A DNA stretch of 64,000 nucleotides. Source: Acidimicrobiia bacterium (GTDB lineage: Bacteria; Actinomycetota; Acidimicrobiia; Spongiisociales; UBA5794). The stretch is from contig DATHUV010000088.1 in NCBI GenBank assembly GCA_035461905.1, positions 10,522 to 74,521 of the forward strand. The letters are read 5' to 3'. The first letter of the stretch is position 1; the number at the start of each line of letters is the position of its first letter. The notes beneath the pieces were generated by a model. That model did no database searches and had not been told where the DNA came from. It saw nothing but the letters and a program-made list of their open reading frames with translations. Position numbers and translations under genes: made by a program. This document shows, piece by piece, positions 46,508 to 57,079 of the stretch.

Positions 46508-46574
46508 GGTGGCGAGGATGTCCGCTCCCTGAGTTCGAGTCCGACGGATTCCGTGCCAACTACCATCGCCTCGC

Positions 46575-46988
46575 ATGCCGATTCGCATCCTCATCGCAAA
46601 GCCGGGCCTCGACGGTCACGATCGTGGCGCCAAGGTCGTGGCGCGCGCACTGCGTGACGCCGGATGCGAGGTGATCTACACGGGCCTCCATCAGACGCCG
46701 TCCCAGATCGCCGAGGTGGCGCTGCAGGAGGATGTCGATGGCGTCGGGCTCTCTGCCCTGTCGGGAGCCCACCTGACCCTCTTCCCCAGCGTCGTGGACG
46801 AGCTGCGCGCCCGAGGTGCGAGCGATGTGGTGGTGTTCGGCGGCGGCATCATCCCCGATGCGGACGTCCCGATCCTCGAGGCCGCCGGCGTCGAGCACGT
46901 GTTCGGGCCGGGGACGTCGCTCGAGGCAATCCGTAGATGGGTCGACGACCGATTCGGCACCGAGGGACCGACAGGGGAGGACGCATGA
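46575..46988 (+). CDS. stand-alone cobalamin (B12)-binding domain protein (methylmalonyl-CoA mutase small/C-terminal-domain type)
   Basis: 137 aa. [40 protein letters not shown] carries the DxHxxG B12-binding signature. The stop overlaps the sucC ATG. Confidence 0.8.
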   Translation: MPIRILIAKPGLDGHDRGAKVVARALRDAGCEVIYTGLHQTPSQIAEVALQEDVDGVGLSALSGAHLTLFPSVVDELRARGASDVVVFGGGIIPDADVPILEAAGVEHVFGPGTSLEAIRRWVDDRFGTEGPTGEDA

Positions 46989-48208
46989 AGATCCACGAAT
47001 ACCAGGCGAAGGCCCTGATGGCCGATCGCGGCATCGCGGTGCCCTCGGGGTTCGTCGCCACCACCGTGGAGGAAGCCGTCGCGGGCGTGCGACCCCTCTT
47101 CGAGTCGACCGGCAACAACGTCGTCGTCGTGAAGTCGCAGATCCATGCGGGCGGGCGCGGGAAGGGTCGGTTCAAGGAGCATCCGGACATCGGAGGTGTC
47201 ACGGTGGTCCTCGACGGTCTGACGGGCGGAATCGAGGCCGCAGAGGTCGCCGTCCGCGAGCTCGCAGGCAGGATGCTCGGCTCAACCCTCGTCACCGTGC
47301 AGACGGGTGAGGAAGGCAAGACGGTCAATCGCCTCTACATCGAACAGGGCATCGACATCGCAACCGAGTTGTATGTCTCGATCGTGCTCGACCGCTCGAC
47401 GAGTCGCAACATCGTGATGGCGTCGACGGAGGGCGGAACCGAGATCGAGGTCGTCGCCGAAGCTACCCCCGACAAGATCCTGATGGAGGAGATCGATCCG
47501 GCCTTCGGGCTGCTCGGCTTCCAGGCGCGGTCCATCGCGTACGGCCTGGGGCTCGAGGGCGAGGCGTTCTCGAACGGTGTCGCCTTCCTCGAGGCCCTCT
47601 CGGAAGCAGCGGTTGCGCTCGACACCGATCTCGTGGAGATCAATCCGCTCGTCGTGACCACGGACGGCACGGTGATGGCGCTCGACGGGAAGATGTCGTT
47701 CGAGGCCAACGCGCTCTACCGGCACCCCGACGTCGTGGCCCTCCGTGACGAATCTGAGGAGGATCCCGCCGAACTCACCGCCAAGGAGCACGGCCTGTCG
47801 TTCATCAAGCTCGACGGCACGATCGGGTGCATGGTCAACGGTGCAGGCCTCGCAATGGCGACGATGGACATCATCAAGTTCGTGGGTGGTGAACCTGCGA
47901 ACTTCCTCGACGTCGGTGGCGGCGCCGACAAGGATCAGATCGTCGCAGCGTTCAAGATCATCACGGCGGACCCGAACGTCGAGGGCATCTTCATCAACAT
48001 CTTCGGTGGGATCATGCGCTGTGACACGATCGCTGAAGGTGTCGTGGAGGCTGTCCGGGAAGTGGGCCTCGAGGTCCCCCTCGTCGTTCGCCTCGAGGGG
48101 ACGAACGTGGAGCTGGGAAAGAGGATCATCGATGAGTCCGGGCTCAACGTCGTCAGCGCCTCGGACATGAAGGACGGGGCGACCAGGATCGTGGAGTTGA
48201 CCAGATGA
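46985..48208 (+). CDS. sucC: succinate--CoA ligase subunit beta
   Basis: ORF 46937..48208. Starts [20 protein letters not shown] (ATG 46985). Confidence 0.95.
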   Translation: MKIHEYQAKALMADRGIAVPSGFVATTVEEAVAGVRPLFESTGNNVVVVKSQIHAGGRGKGRFKEHPDIGGVTVVLDGLTGGIEAAEVAVRELAGRMLGSTLVTVQTGEEGKTVNRLYIEQGIDIATELYVSIVLDRSTSRNIVMASTEGGTEIEVVAEATPDKILMEEIDPAFGLLGFQARSIAYGLGLEGEAFSNGVAFLEALSEAAVALDTDLVEINPLVVTTDGTVMALDGKMSFEANALYRHPDVVALRDESEEDPAELTAKEHGLSFIKLDGTIGCMVNGAGLAMATMDIIKFVGGEPANFLDVGGGADKDQIVAAFKIITADPNVEGIFINIFGGIMRCDTIAEGVVEAVREVGLEVPLVVRLEGTNVELGKRIIDESGLNVVSASDMKDGATRIVELTR

Positions 48209-49128
48209 GCGTGCTCGTTGACACGACGACGAGGGTGCTCGTCCAGGGGATGGGACGGACGGGCCGCTTCCATACGGACACGGCGATCGCGTACGGCACG
48301 AACATGGTCGGCGCCGTCCACCCCTCGCGGGCTGGCACGACGGAGACCTTCACCGGCGCAACGGATCACAGCGGTGTTCCGGGGCGCGCCGACAGCTACT
48401 CGGTCGACGTGCCCATCTTCCGGACGGTCGCGGATGCCGTTGCCGAGACGGGAGCGAACGCGTCGGTCGTCTACGTTCCTCCCCCGTTCGCCGCGGATGC
48501 GATCATGGAAGCCGCAGACGCAGGCGTGCCTCTCATCATCGCGATCACTGAGGGGATCCCGGTCGCGGACATGGTCATCGCGAAGCGATACCTCAGCAAC
48601 CGCGACGTCCGCCTCGTTGGTCCGAACTGCCCCGGCGTGATCACTCCCCGTGCCTGCAAGATCGGCATCATGCCGGGCTACATCCACATGCCGGGCCGGA
48701 TCGGTGTCGTCTCCAGATCGGGGACCCTCACATACGAGGCGGTGCATCAGCTGACACTCAACGGCCTTGGCCAGACGACGGCGATCGGTATCGGTGGTGA
48801 TCCGGTCAACGGCACCAACTTTGTCGATTGCCTTCAGCTCTTCAATGAAGACCCTGCAACCGAAGGGGTCATCATGATCGGCGAGATCGGCGGAACGGCC
48901 GAAGAAGAGGCCGCTGCATGGATCTCAGCCAACATGACGAAGCCCGTGGCCGGATTCATCGCAGGAACCTCTGCTCCGCCTGGAAAGCGGATGGGCCATG
49001 CGGGAGCGATCATTTCCGGCGGCAAGGGAACCGCGGGGGCCAAGATCGATGCACTCGAGGCGGCCGGGGTCGTCGTCGCTCCAACCCCGACCGACATGGG
49101 TGCAGCAATGCTGCGCGCTATGGGCTAG
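48205..49128 (+). CDS. sucD: succinate--CoA ligase subunit alpha
   Basis: 307 aa. [20 protein letters not shown], and the phosphohistidine loop [14 protein letters not shown]. Confidence 0.95.
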   Translation: MSVLVDTTTRVLVQGMGRTGRFHTDTAIAYGTNMVGAVHPSRAGTTETFTGATDHSGVPGRADSYSVDVPIFRTVADAVAETGANASVVYVPPPFAADAIMEAADAGVPLIIAITEGIPVADMVIAKRYLSNRDVRLVGPNCPGVITPRACKIGIMPGYIHMPGRIGVVSRSGTLTYEAVHQLTLNGLGQTTAIGIGGDPVNGTNFVDCLQLFNEDPATEGVIMIGEIGGTAEEEAAAWISANMTKPVAGFIAGTSAPPGKRMGHAGAIISGGKGTAGAKIDALEAAGVVVAPTPTDMGAAMLRAMG

Positions 49129-49196
49129 CCGGGGACTCCCACCGGAGGTGAGTCGTCCAGGGCCACACACCATCCGGTAAGGCCCGCCACGTCGCA

Positions 49197-49202
49197 TAGA
49201 AT
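49197..49202 (+). promoter_or_regulatory. candidate -10 box (TAGAAT) 8 nt upstream of the purN ATG (leaderless-type)
   Basis: TAGAAT-CGGCGTCG-ATG. No Shine-Dalgarno sequence. Confidence 0.4.
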
Positions 49203-49210
49203 CGGCGTCG

Positions 49211-49849
49211 ATGCCAGACCCAAGACCGATCGCCGTCCTCATCTCGGGGAGTGGCTCGAACCTCCAGGCCCTCATCGATGCTGGCGAACGCGGTGAGCTC
49301 GACTGCAGGATCAGGGTCGTCGTCGCAGACCGTCCCGGCGCCCGAGGGCTCGAGCGTGCACGGCACGCAGGTATCCCGACGGTGGTCGTCCCATGGGAAC
49401 AGTCTGACGACAGGGTGTCGTTCACCTCTGCCATCTGCGACGCGGCCACGAATCATGGCGCGACCGGTCTCGTCCTCGCAGGGTTCATGAGGGTCCTCGC
49501 CCCGAACGCGATCGAGAGGTTCCCGAACGCGATCCTCAACATCCACCCTGCACTCCTCCCGTCGTTTCCCGGAGCACGCGCCGTGGAACTCGCGCTCGAC
49601 CACGGTGTGACCCTCACCGGGGTCACCGTCCACTTCGTCGACGAACAGGTGGACCACGGCCCGATCATCGCTCAACAGGCAGTGCCTGTGCATCCCGGTG
49701 ACGATCGTGAGACGCTCCATGCCCGGATCCAGGAGGTGGAGCATCGTCTCTACCCGAAAGTCGTCGCGGCGTTCGGGCGGGGCGACCTGACCGTGGTGGG
49801 TCGTCGGGTCCACTGGGCCGACGCATCCCGGGCCCTGGAGGCCGTGTGA
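49211..49849 (+). CDS. purN: phosphoribosylglycinamide formyltransferase
   Basis: 212 aa. IAVLISGSGSNLQALID, NIHPALLPSFPG and VHFVDEQVDHGPII motifs. Confidence 0.92.
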   Translation: MPDPRPIAVLISGSGSNLQALIDAGERGELDCRIRVVVADRPGARGLERARHAGIPTVVVPWEQSDDRVSFTSAICDAATNHGATGLVLAGFMRVLAPNAIERFPNAILNIHPALLPSFPGARAVELALDHGVTLTGVTVHFVDEQVDHGPIIAQQAVPVHPGDDRETLHARIQEVEHRLYPKVVAAFGRGDLTVVGRRVHWADASRALEAV

Positions 49850-51366
49850 TCGACGCGATCCCCGTGAAGCGGGCACTCATCTCGGTATCAGACAAGCGCG
49901 GAATCACGGAGCTCGCCGCGGCCCTCGCCGATGAGGGCGTCGAGATCGTCTCGTCCGGTGGTACGGCGCACCACCTCGAACAGTCGGGGATCGCAGTCGT
50001 GCGTGTCGAGGATGTGACGGGGGAGCCGGAGCTGCTCGGTGGACGCGTCAAGACACTCCACCCGAAGGTCCACGGCGGCATCCTCGCCGACCTCGACGTT
50101 GAAGCGCATCGGCGGAACCTCCTCGACTTCGGCATCGAGCCGTTCGAGCTCGTCGTCGTCAACCTGTATCCGTTCGAGGCGACGGTCGCATCAGGCGCCT
50201 CGACGGATGAGATCATCGAGAAGATCGACATCGGCGGACCGACCATGATCCGCGCCGCTGCGAAGAACCACGCATGGGTGGCCACTGTCGTGTCGCCGGA
50301 CCGATACGGGGACGTGATTGCAGCTGTTGCCGGGGGAGGGACGACGGCGTCGTTTCGGCAGGAACTCGCAAGGGAGGCGTTCTTCCGGACAGCGCAGTAC
50401 GACGCGGCGATCGTGAACTGGTTCGAGCGCGAAGGAGCTGATCGGCTCGCACTCGCCCTCACCAAGAAGGCATCGCTGCGATACGGGGAGAACCCGCACC
50501 AACCAGCTGCGCTCTACGCCGCCGATGGTTCGAGGGGCTGGTGGGTGGGCGCCGAGCAGCTCCAGGGCAAGGAGATGTCGTTCAACAACTGGGCCGACGC
50601 CGATGCTGCCTGGCGCCTCGTGTCCGACCTCCCCGACGGTTCGGTCGCGATCCTCAAGCACATGAACGCCTGTGGGGTGGCGAGGGGGGCCACGATGGCC
50701 GAGGCGTTCGACAAGGCGTGGGAGTGCGACCCGATGTCGGCGTTCGGCGGGGTCATTGCATGCAATGGTCCCGTCGACGGAGCGACTGCGACTGCGATCA
50801 GCCGCTTCTTCGTCGAGATCGTGATTGCTCCCTCAATCGATGACGAGGCCCGTTCGATCCTCGCCGCCAAGCGCAACCTCCGCGCGTTCGTGGCACCTCC
50901 GCCGTCCGGATTCGACCTCGACATCCGGTCGATCGACGATGGGTTCCTCATCCAGAAGACCGACATGATCGGTGGGGGATCCCGAGATTGGGAGTCGAAG
51001 GCGAGGAATCCGACCGATGCAGAGCTGCGCGATCTCGAGATGGCGTGGGTCATCGCCGCCTACACGAAGTCGAACGCGATCGTGCTCGTCAAGGATGGAG
51101 CCGCCGTCGGGGTCGGCGCTGGCGACCAGAGCCGCGTCGGAGCAGCAGAACGAGCCCTCGCGAAGGCAGGGCACCGCTCGAAAGGCGCCGTCTGTGCCTC
51201 CGATGCGTTCTTCCCGTTCCGTGACGGTCCTGACGCGATGGCTGCGGCCGGTGTCACCGCGATCGTGGCCCCCGGAGGCTCGATGCGCGACGACGAGGTG
51301 GTCCAGTCGGCGATCGACCATGATGTGGCCCTGATGTTCACGAGCGAAAGGCACTTCCGACATTGA
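49846..51366 (+). CDS. purH: bifunctional AICAR transformylase / IMP cyclohydrolase
   Basis: 506 aa. KRALISVSDKRGI, GRVKTLHP, C-terminal ...ERHFRH. Confidence 0.95.
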   Translation: MIDAIPVKRALISVSDKRGITELAAALADEGVEIVSSGGTAHHLEQSGIAVVRVEDVTGEPELLGGRVKTLHPKVHGGILADLDVEAHRRNLLDFGIEPFELVVVNLYPFEATVASGASTDEIIEKIDIGGPTMIRAAAKNHAWVATVVSPDRYGDVIAAVAGGGTTASFRQELAREAFFRTAQYDAAIVNWFEREGADRLALALTKKASLRYGENPHQPAALYAADGSRGWWVGAEQLQGKEMSFNNWADADAAWRLVSDLPDGSVAILKHMNACGVARGATMAEAFDKAWECDPMSAFGGVIACNGPVDGATATAISRFFVEIVIAPSIDDEARSILAAKRNLRAFVAPPPSGFDLDIRSIDDGFLIQKTDMIGGGSRDWESKARNPTDAELRDLEMAWVIAAYTKSNAIVLVKDGAAVGVGAGDQSRVGAAERALAKAGHRSKGAVCASDAFFPFRDGPDAMAAAGVTAIVAPGGSMRDDEVVQSAIDHDVALMFTSERHFRH

Positions 51367-52259
51367 GCGCCACCATCCTCTCAGGAACTGACGTCGCTGC
51401 CATCGTCCGCTCCAGCGTCGCACAGGACGTCACCGAGCTCGAGGCACTCGGGACGAACGTGGGCCTCGCAACGGTGCTCGTCGGCGATGATCCGGCTTCT
51501 CACGTGTACGTGTCGTACAAGCACAAGGACGCCCGCTCCGTCGGTATCGCCTCCATCGATGTCAAGCTGCCGGCCCGGGCAACCCAGGCCGAAGTCATGG
51601 ACGCCGTCGACGAGCTCAATGCGCGCGCAGACGTCACCGGCATCATCGTCCAGCTACCCCTGCCTGACCACCTCGACGGTGAGGCGGCGGTCGAACGCGT
51701 CCTCCCGTCCAAAGATGCCGATGGCCTCCACCCCTTCAACCTCGGACGGATGATCCTCGGGAGGCCCGCCCCACTCCCTGCAACACCATCGGGTGTGATG
51801 ATGCTCCTGAGCCACTACGGCATCGCGACGGAAGGCAGGACTGCCGTGGTCGTCGGCAGGAGCTTCCTCGTCGGCAAGCCGATGGGCCTCCTCCTCGGAG
51901 CAAAAGGTGTCGACGCAACGGTCGTCCAGGCGCACTCTCGTACGCTGGACCTCCCTGCCGTGTGCCGATCCGCGGACATCCTCGTCACTGCGGTCGGGAG
52001 TCCGGGCATGGTCACGGCGGAGTTCGTCAAGCCCGGCGCGGTCGTGATCGATGTCGGGACGAACCGCACCGACGACGGTCTCGTCGGCGACGTAGCATTC
52101 GACGAGGTTGCCGAGGTCGCTTCTGCGATCACCCCGGTCCCCGGTGGCGTCGGCCCCATGACGAGAGCGTCACTTCTCGCCAACACCGTGATGCTCGCCC
52201 ATGCGGCACGCGCCGCGGCCCAGGGCGGAATTCCCAGTTCGACAACACGGATGGAGTAG
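51363..52259 (+). CDS. folD: bifunctional methylenetetrahydrofolate dehydrogenase/cyclohydrolase
   Basis: 298 aa. [24 protein letters not shown] motifs. Confidence 0.93.
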   Translation: MSATILSGTDVAAIVRSSVAQDVTELEALGTNVGLATVLVGDDPASHVYVSYKHKDARSVGIASIDVKLPARATQAEVMDAVDELNARADVTGIIVQLPLPDHLDGEAAVERVLPSKDADGLHPFNLGRMILGRPAPLPATPSGVMMLLSHYGIATEGRTAVVVGRSFLVGKPMGLLLGAKGVDATVVQAHSRTLDLPAVCRSADILVTAVGSPGMVTAEFVKPGAVVIDVGTNRTDDGLVGDVAFDEVAEVASAITPVPGGVGPMTRASLLANTVMLAHAARAAAQGGIPSSTTRME

Positions 52260-52261
52260 CA

Positions 52262-53467
52262 ATGGCGACACCGATCACCAAGTCCGAGGACGGCCTTCGA
52301 GTACCGAATGACCCGATCCTCCCCTTCATAGAGGGCGACGGCATCGGTCCGGACATCTGGGCATCCGCACAGAACGTATTCGACGCAGCCGTCGCGAAGG
52401 CATACGGGGGAGATCGCTCGATTGCGTGGATGGAAGTCCTCGCTGGCGAGAAGGCATTCAACGAAACGGGTGAATGGCTCCCCGACGAGACCGTCGAGGC
52501 CTTCCGCACCTACCTCGTCGGCATCAAGGGGCCACTCACCACGCCCGTCGGCGGCGGAATCCGATCCCTGAACGTTGCGCTTCGTCAGATCCTCGACCTG
52601 TATGTGTGCCTCCGCCCGGTCCGGTGGTACGCCGGAGTGCCCTCGCCCGTCAAGCACCCCGAAGCGGTCGACATGGTGATCTTCCGTGAGAACACCGAGG
52701 ATGTGTACGCCGGCAAGGAACTCGAGGCAGGATCCGAGGGGGTTCGGAAGCTGCTGGCCTTCCTCGACGAAACCTATGGGTGGGACATACGCGCTGACTC
52801 GGGGCTCGGCATCAAGCCGATCTCGGAGACGGGTACGAAGCGCCTCGTCCGTGCTGCGATCCAGTACGCCCTCGACCAGGGTCGGCGGTCCGTGACGCTC
52901 GTCCACAAGGGAAACATCATGAAGTTCACGGAGGGGGCGTTCCGTGAGTGGGGCTACGAGGTCGTGCGCGACGAGTTCGCCGATGTGGCCGTCGGTTGGG
53001 AGGACTGCAACGGGCAGCCCGGTGACCGCATGCTCGTCAAAGATGTCATCGCCGATGCCTTCCTCCAGCAGATCCTCACACGACCTGCCGAGTACGACGT
53101 CATCGCGACCATGAACCTCAACGGCGACTACATATCCGACGCGCTCGCCGCACAGGTCGGTGGCATCGGCATCGCACCGGGGGGAAACATCAACTATGAG
53201 TCCGGGTTCGCGATCTTCGAGGCGACCCACGGGACGGCTCCGAAGTATGCGGGACTTGACAAGGTGAACCCCGGATCTGTCATCCTCTCGGGGGAGATGA
53301 TGTTCCGGTACCTCGGCTGGGCCGAGGCAGCGGACCTGATCGTCACCGGCATGGAGGCCGCGATCGGCGACAGGATCGTCACCTATGACTTCGCTCGGCT
53401 GATGGAGAACGCCACCGAGGTCTCGTGCTCGGCCTTCGGTGAAGCCGTGGTCGACAGGATGTCATAG
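52262..53467 (+). CDS. icd: NADP-dependent isocitrate dehydrogenase
   Basis: ORF 51962..53467. Starts at ATG 52262 ([33 protein letters not shown]). [12 protein letters not shown] and [10 protein letters not shown] motifs. Confidence 0.93.
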   Translation: MATPITKSEDGLRVPNDPILPFIEGDGIGPDIWASAQNVFDAAVAKAYGGDRSIAWMEVLAGEKAFNETGEWLPDETVEAFRTYLVGIKGPLTTPVGGGIRSLNVALRQILDLYVCLRPVRWYAGVPSPVKHPEAVDMVIFRENTEDVYAGKELEAGSEGVRKLLAFLDETYGWDIRADSGLGIKPISETGTKRLVRAAIQYALDQGRRSVTLVHKGNIMKFTEGAFREWGYEVVRDEFADVAVGWEDCNGQPGDRMLVKDVIADAFLQQILTRPAEYDVIATMNLNGDYISDALAAQVGGIGIAPGGNINYESGFAIFEATHGTAPKYAGLDKVNPGSVILSGEMMFRYLGWAEAADLIVTGMEAAIGDRIVTYDFARLMENATEVSCSAFGEAVVDRMS

Positions 53468-53482
53468 AACGAGGAGGAAGCA

Positions 53483-54412
53483 ATGAGCAAGGTCACCGTT
53501 GTCGGGGCAGGGAAGTACGGATCCACGACCGTCCAGCGGATCGCTGAGTGGGACATCGTCGACGAGGTGGTCATGACGGACATCGTCGAAGGCCTGCCAC
53601 AGGGTCTCGCACTCGACATGAACCAATCCCGACCCGTCGTCGGCTACAGGACGCTCGTGACGGGAACGAACGACTACGCCGACACGGCAGGTTCGGACGT
53701 CGTCGTCATCACGGCGGGTCTGCCTCGAAAGCCCGGCATGTCGAGGATGGACCTCTTGGGTGTCAACGCCGGAATCGTCACCTCGGTCACCGAGGAGATC
53801 GTCAGATACTCACCCGAAGCCGTGATCATCGTCGTGACGAACCCGCTCGATCAGATGACCACGCTGGCAGCACAGGTCTCGGGACTGCCAAAGCACAAGG
53901 TACTCGGACAGGCGGGAATGCTCGACAGTGCCCGCTTCGCCCACTTCATCTCCGAGGCCTCAGGCCACGATGTCCTCGACATCACCGCTGTCACCCTCGG
54001 ATCGCATGGTGAGACGATGGTCCCCGTGCCCTCTTTGTGCAAGGTGGGGGAGCGGCCCTTGACCGACGTCCTCGATCCGGAGTCGATCGAGGGGCTTGTC
54101 GACCGAACCCGCAACGGCGGCGGGGAGATCGTCGCATACCTCAAGACCGGATCCGCGTACTACGCCCCATCCGCCGCGGCAGCCGCGATGGTGAAGGCCA
54201 TCGTCGAGGATGCCGGAGCCCAGATGCCCGTGTGCGCGTGGATGGAGGGTCAGTACGGCATCTCGGACGTGTACCTCGGTGTGTTGGCCAGACTCGGTCG
54301 CAATGGCGTCGAAGAGGTCGTCGAGGTGCCCCTCACCGGCGACGAGGTCAAGGGACTCGTCGAAGCGGCGGCAGCCGTAAAGGAGAAGGTCGGAGAACTC
54401 GCGGACCTCTGA
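53483..54412 (+). CDS. mdh: malate dehydrogenase (LDH-like type)
   Basis: 309 aa. VTVVGAGKYGSTT Rossmann motif, ITAGLPRKPGMSR, GSHGETMVP. Confidence 0.92.
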   Translation: MSKVTVVGAGKYGSTTVQRIAEWDIVDEVVMTDIVEGLPQGLALDMNQSRPVVGYRTLVTGTNDYADTAGSDVVVITAGLPRKPGMSRMDLLGVNAGIVTSVTEEIVRYSPEAVIIVVTNPLDQMTTLAAQVSGLPKHKVLGQAGMLDSARFAHFISEASGHDVLDITAVTLGSHGETMVPVPSLCKVGERPLTDVLDPESIEGLVDRTRNGGGEIVAYLKTGSAYYAPSAAAAAMVKAIVEDAGAQMPVCAWMEGQYGISDVYLGVLARLGRNGVEEVVEVPLTGDEVKGLVEAAAAVKEKVGELADL

Positions 54413-54417
54413 CGACC

Positions 54418-55347
54418 CTAGTTCGTGGAGGCTGCGGCCTTCTCTGCCGCGTACGCCTCGGCCGCCTCCTGGATTTCCCGGGTGCTGACCTCTGCGGCAG
54501 CGCGTTGGCGCTTGGCACGGGCATGGGTGGCAACGATGTCACGGCGCCGCGCCCACAGTCCGACGGTTGCGACGAACAGGATCGTGGCACCCATGCCTGC
54601 GAGCCACCAACCGGGCGCCGCTTGGACATCCTTGTACTGAGCAGCGATCCCGGTCGAGCCATCGGCTTGCACCGTCGCCAGCTGGGTGTCGATGAGATGC
54701 TGACGGAGCGCGCCAGCGGACAACACGATGACGCCCCATGCGGCCACGGACGCAACGATCAGCACTCGGTTCGCCGCCAGGCCGATCGGTTGGATGGACA
54801 TCGAGAGGCCGCCTGTCAACAGGGCGACGAAGAGGACCAGGATCCACGTCTCGAGCACGAGTTCGCTCCCGACGACCGTAGCCGCCAGCACTCCGAAGAC
54901 GAGGGCGAACACGATGATGAAGGTCGCCATGGCTCGTCGGAAGAACCGGATCCTCTGTCCGAGGATGCTGCGGAGGGCGAGGGAGATCGCTGTTGCGAGG
55001 ATGGTCGCCACGACGACGCTCATCACCGTGGTGACGGTGAGGGTGATCTCACGATCCGCGGCGAAGAGGAAGGCGAAGGCGGTGGCCGCCACGACCAAGT
55101 AGGTCGCAAGGGCCACCGACGTGCGGTTCTTCATTGCCCCTTCCCACGACACGGCGAGACCACCGATGAGGAGCAGGACCCCGAGCACGGCGTACACCAC
55201 ACCGTGGTCAGATTCGTAGCCGCGGATGGACCATGGAGCGATGAGGAAGCCGAATGACTGGTTGACCCTGGCGACTTCCCACACCACTGAAGCGATGATG
55301 ATCGCCGGTCCGAGTGCGATCGCGATCTTCGTCCAATTCTTCTTCAC
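54418..55347 (-). CDS. integral membrane protein of unknown function
   Basis: ORF 54418..55401. About 8 hydrophobic segments and a charged Ala-rich C-terminal tail. GTG 55347 is preferred (GGAGG 8 nt upstream) over GTG 55401. Confidence 0.55.
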   Translation of the reverse strand: MKKNWTKIAIALGPAIIIASVVWEVARVNQSFGFLIAPWSIRGYESDHGVVYAVLGVLLLIGGLAVSWEGAMKNRTSVALATYLVVAATAFAFLFAADREITLTVTTVMSVVVATILATAISLALRSILGQRIRFFRRAMATFIIVFALVFGVLAATVVGSELVLETWILVLFVALLTGGLSMSIQPIGLAANRVLIVASVAAWGVIVLSAGALRQHLIDTQLATVQADGSTGIAAQYKDVQAAPGWWLAGMGATILFVATVGLWARRRDIVATHARAKRQRAAAEVSTREIQEAAEAYAAEKAAASTN

Positions 55348-55418
55348 AGGGATGGCCTCCGGTCCGGGCGGTACTCTATCGGATCGCGGGAGGTGCAGCA
55401 CGTCAGAAGTGCCTATTG

Positions 55419-55447
55419 TTGCTACACATTCGGGTGCTGGGTAGAGT
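55419..55447 (+). promoter_or_regulatory. sigma-70-type promoter for hup
   Basis: TTGCTA, a 17-nt spacer, then TAGAGT. It lies about 50 nt upstream of the hup ATG, which has an AGGAGG RBS. Confidence 0.5.
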
Positions 55448-55500
55448 TACACTCGTGTTATTCGTTCCACGACCGTCGTGGACAACCCAGGAGGTTTCCC

Positions 55501-55779
55501 ATGAACAAGGGCGAACTCATCGAAGCCGTCGCTCGCAACACAGGCGAGTCGAAAGCATTGGCTGAGAAGATCGTCAACGAGACGCTCGACGTCATCGTGA
55601 CGGGAGTCGTTGCATCCGGCAAGGTCGCGATCACGGGCTTCGGTACGTTCGAGGCACGCAACCGTGCGGCTCGTACGGCGCGCAACCCACAGACGGGTGC
55701 CGAGATCCATGTCAAGGCAACTCGGGTTCCGGCATTCAAGGCGGGCAAGGGGTTCAAGGACGCCGTGAAGCCCGGCTGA
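55501..55779 (+). CDS. hup: HU family DNA-binding protein (short form, no Lys/Ala tail)
   Basis: ORF 55393..55779. ATG 55501. MNKGELIEAVA...GFGTFEARNRAARTARNPQTGAEIHVKATRVPAFKAGKGFKDAV. Confidence 0.93.
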   Translation: MNKGELIEAVARNTGESKALAEKIVNETLDVIVTGVVASGKVAITGFGTFEARNRAARTARNPQTGAEIHVKATRVPAFKAGKGFKDAVKPG

Positions 55780-55802
55780 CCCACGAACGACGACCAACGA
55801 TC

Positions 55803-55830
55803 GGAAGGCGCCCCAAATGGGGCGCCTTCC
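55803..55830. terminator. bidirectional intrinsic terminator between hup and the SCP2 gene
   Basis: GGAAGGCGCCCC-AAAT-GGGGCGCCTTCC, a 12-bp stem followed by CGTTTCC on the + strand. Confidence 0.7.
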
Positions 55831-55855
55831 CGTTTCCTGCCCGCGTGAGCCCGCG

Positions 55856-56260
55856 TCAGGCCTCGTAGTCCACATCGAGGCCCGAGAGCACCCGTGCGTA
55901 GTCGTTGATCACGTTCTGGTGCATCATGATCTTCGCCATGTTCCCACCGACCTTGATCTTGCCTGTCATGAATGCCATCTGGACGTTGAGCTCGCCCTTG
56001 GAGATCGCCTTGGACGTTTCGTAGTCGCTCCCGACGGTGACATCGGGATCGGGTAGCGGCTCAGGTGAGGTGACGGCAGTGCCGTCGGCGATCTTCAAGT
56101 GATACGACAGGTCGCCCTGTGGCGCACCCGTGACGTCGAACTGGACGGCAAGGGTGACGTTTGCGATCGAGTTCTGAAACCCGGCGTCGTTGTTCAACGC
56201 ATCCTGGGCCGCACTGAAGTGGTCGTCGCTGAGGAACGTGGCCACGGTGGATCCTTTCAT
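55856..56260 (-). CDS. SCP2 sterol-binding domain protein
   Basis: 134 aa. ...SKGELNVQMAFMTGKIKVGGNMAKIMMHQNV... is typical of SCP2 domains. Confidence 0.7.
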   Translation of the reverse strand: MKGSTVATFLSDDHFSAAQDALNNDAGFQNSIANVTLAVQFDVTGAPQGDLSYHLKIADGTAVTSPEPLPDPDVTVGSDYETSKAISKGELNVQMAFMTGKIKVGGNMAKIMMHQNVINDYARVLSGLDVDYEA

Positions 56261-56314
56261 CGATGTCGGTCGAGCCGAGTGTACCCGTCCGGCTCCGACG
56301 AGCCGGAGCCCGCT

Positions 56315-57079
56315 CTACGCCTTCTGGCCGGCGCGGACCCTATTGCGGAACTGGGCCCTCACGTAGTCGCTGTTCATCATGGCGATGAAGTCGATCGAGA
56401 TGTTCTTCGGGCACGCCTTCTCGCACTCACCGTGGTTCGTGCACGATCCGAAGTACTCCTCCATGGTCTCGACCATGGCGACGGCTCGTGAGTAGCGCTC
56501 GGGTTGGCCCTGGGGAAGCAGGTTGAGGTGCTGCATCTTCGCCGCCGTGAACAGGTTCGCTGCACTGTTCGGACATGCTGCGACGCAAGCGGCGCATCCG
56601 ATGCACGCGGCAGCGTCCATTGCGGCGTCGGCGGCCTCCTTCGGCACCCGTGTGATGTTGGCGTCGGGCGCCGCGCCGGTGTTGATCGAGATGTATCCGC
56701 CGGCCTCGACGATCCTGTCGAAGGCTGATCGATCGACGATGAGATCCTTGATGACGGGCATGGCCGTCGCACGCCACGGTTCGATGGTGATGGAGTCCCC
56801 GTTGGAGAACTTGCGCATGTGGAGTTGACAGGTCGCAGTTCCACTCTGCGGACCGTGCGGCTCCCCATTGATCATCACGCCGCATGTTCCGCAGATGCCC
56901 TCGCGGCAGTCGTGATCGAACGCGATCGGTTCCTCACCGACCTTGTTCAGGTGCTCGTTGACCCCGTCGAGCATCTCGAGGAACGACGCGTCCTCGGACA
57001 CGTTCCTCGCCTCGTACGTCTTGAACGCACCCTGCGCGTCGGGGCTCGCCTGGCGCCACACCTTGAGAGTCAGGTTCAT
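56315..57079 (-). CDS. sdhB: succinate dehydrogenase/fumarate reductase iron-sulfur subunit
   Basis: 254 aa. Cys clusters [22 protein letters not shown] and [12 protein letters not shown]. Confidence 0.93.
   Translation of the reverse strand: MNLTLKVWRQASPDAQGAFKTYEARNVSEDASFLEMLDGVNEHLNKVGEEPIAFDHDCREGICGTCGVMINGEPHGPQSGTATCQLHMRKFSNGDSITIEPWRATAMPVIKDLIVDRSAFDRIVEAGGYISINTGAAPDANITRVPKEAADAAMDAAACIGCAACVAACPNSAANLFTAAKMQHLNLLPQGQPERYSRAVAMVETMEEYFGSCTNHGECEKACPKNISIDFIAMMNSDYVRAQFRNRVRAGQKA

Noticed and set aside
46531-46545. GAGTTCGAGTCCGAC, reminiscent of a tRNA T-loop (GGTTCGAGTCC) and hence of a tRNA remnant or att site
   Set aside because: The flanking bases cannot form a T-stem, acceptor stem or anticodon arm. 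There is no integrase or other mobile-element gene nearby. It is most likely a chance match.
45050-46594. 514-aa minus-strand ORF
   Set aside because: It is antisense to the GH1 beta-glucosidase, which has clear catalytic motifs. This is a typical high-GC shadow ORF. The same reasoning applies to 40146..41534 (opposite pcrA), 60481..61464, 30069..31340, 23562..24611, 28173..29567, 51815..53230 and 36745..37779.
49129-49210. Possible ZTP (pfl) riboswitch upstream of purN-purH-folD, a common location for that class
   Set aside because: The 82-nt spacer lacks the conserved GGGUCGUGAC...CCGGGCGGA...CCGCCUGGGC elements and is too short for the two-subdomain fold. A simple leaderless promoter fits better.
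55461-55480. Hairpin CCACGAC-C-GTCGTGG in the hup 5' UTR as a regulatory structure
   Set aside because: The full 7-bp stem would leave a 1-nt loop, which is sterically impossible. The feasible 5-bp version is weak and unremarkable.
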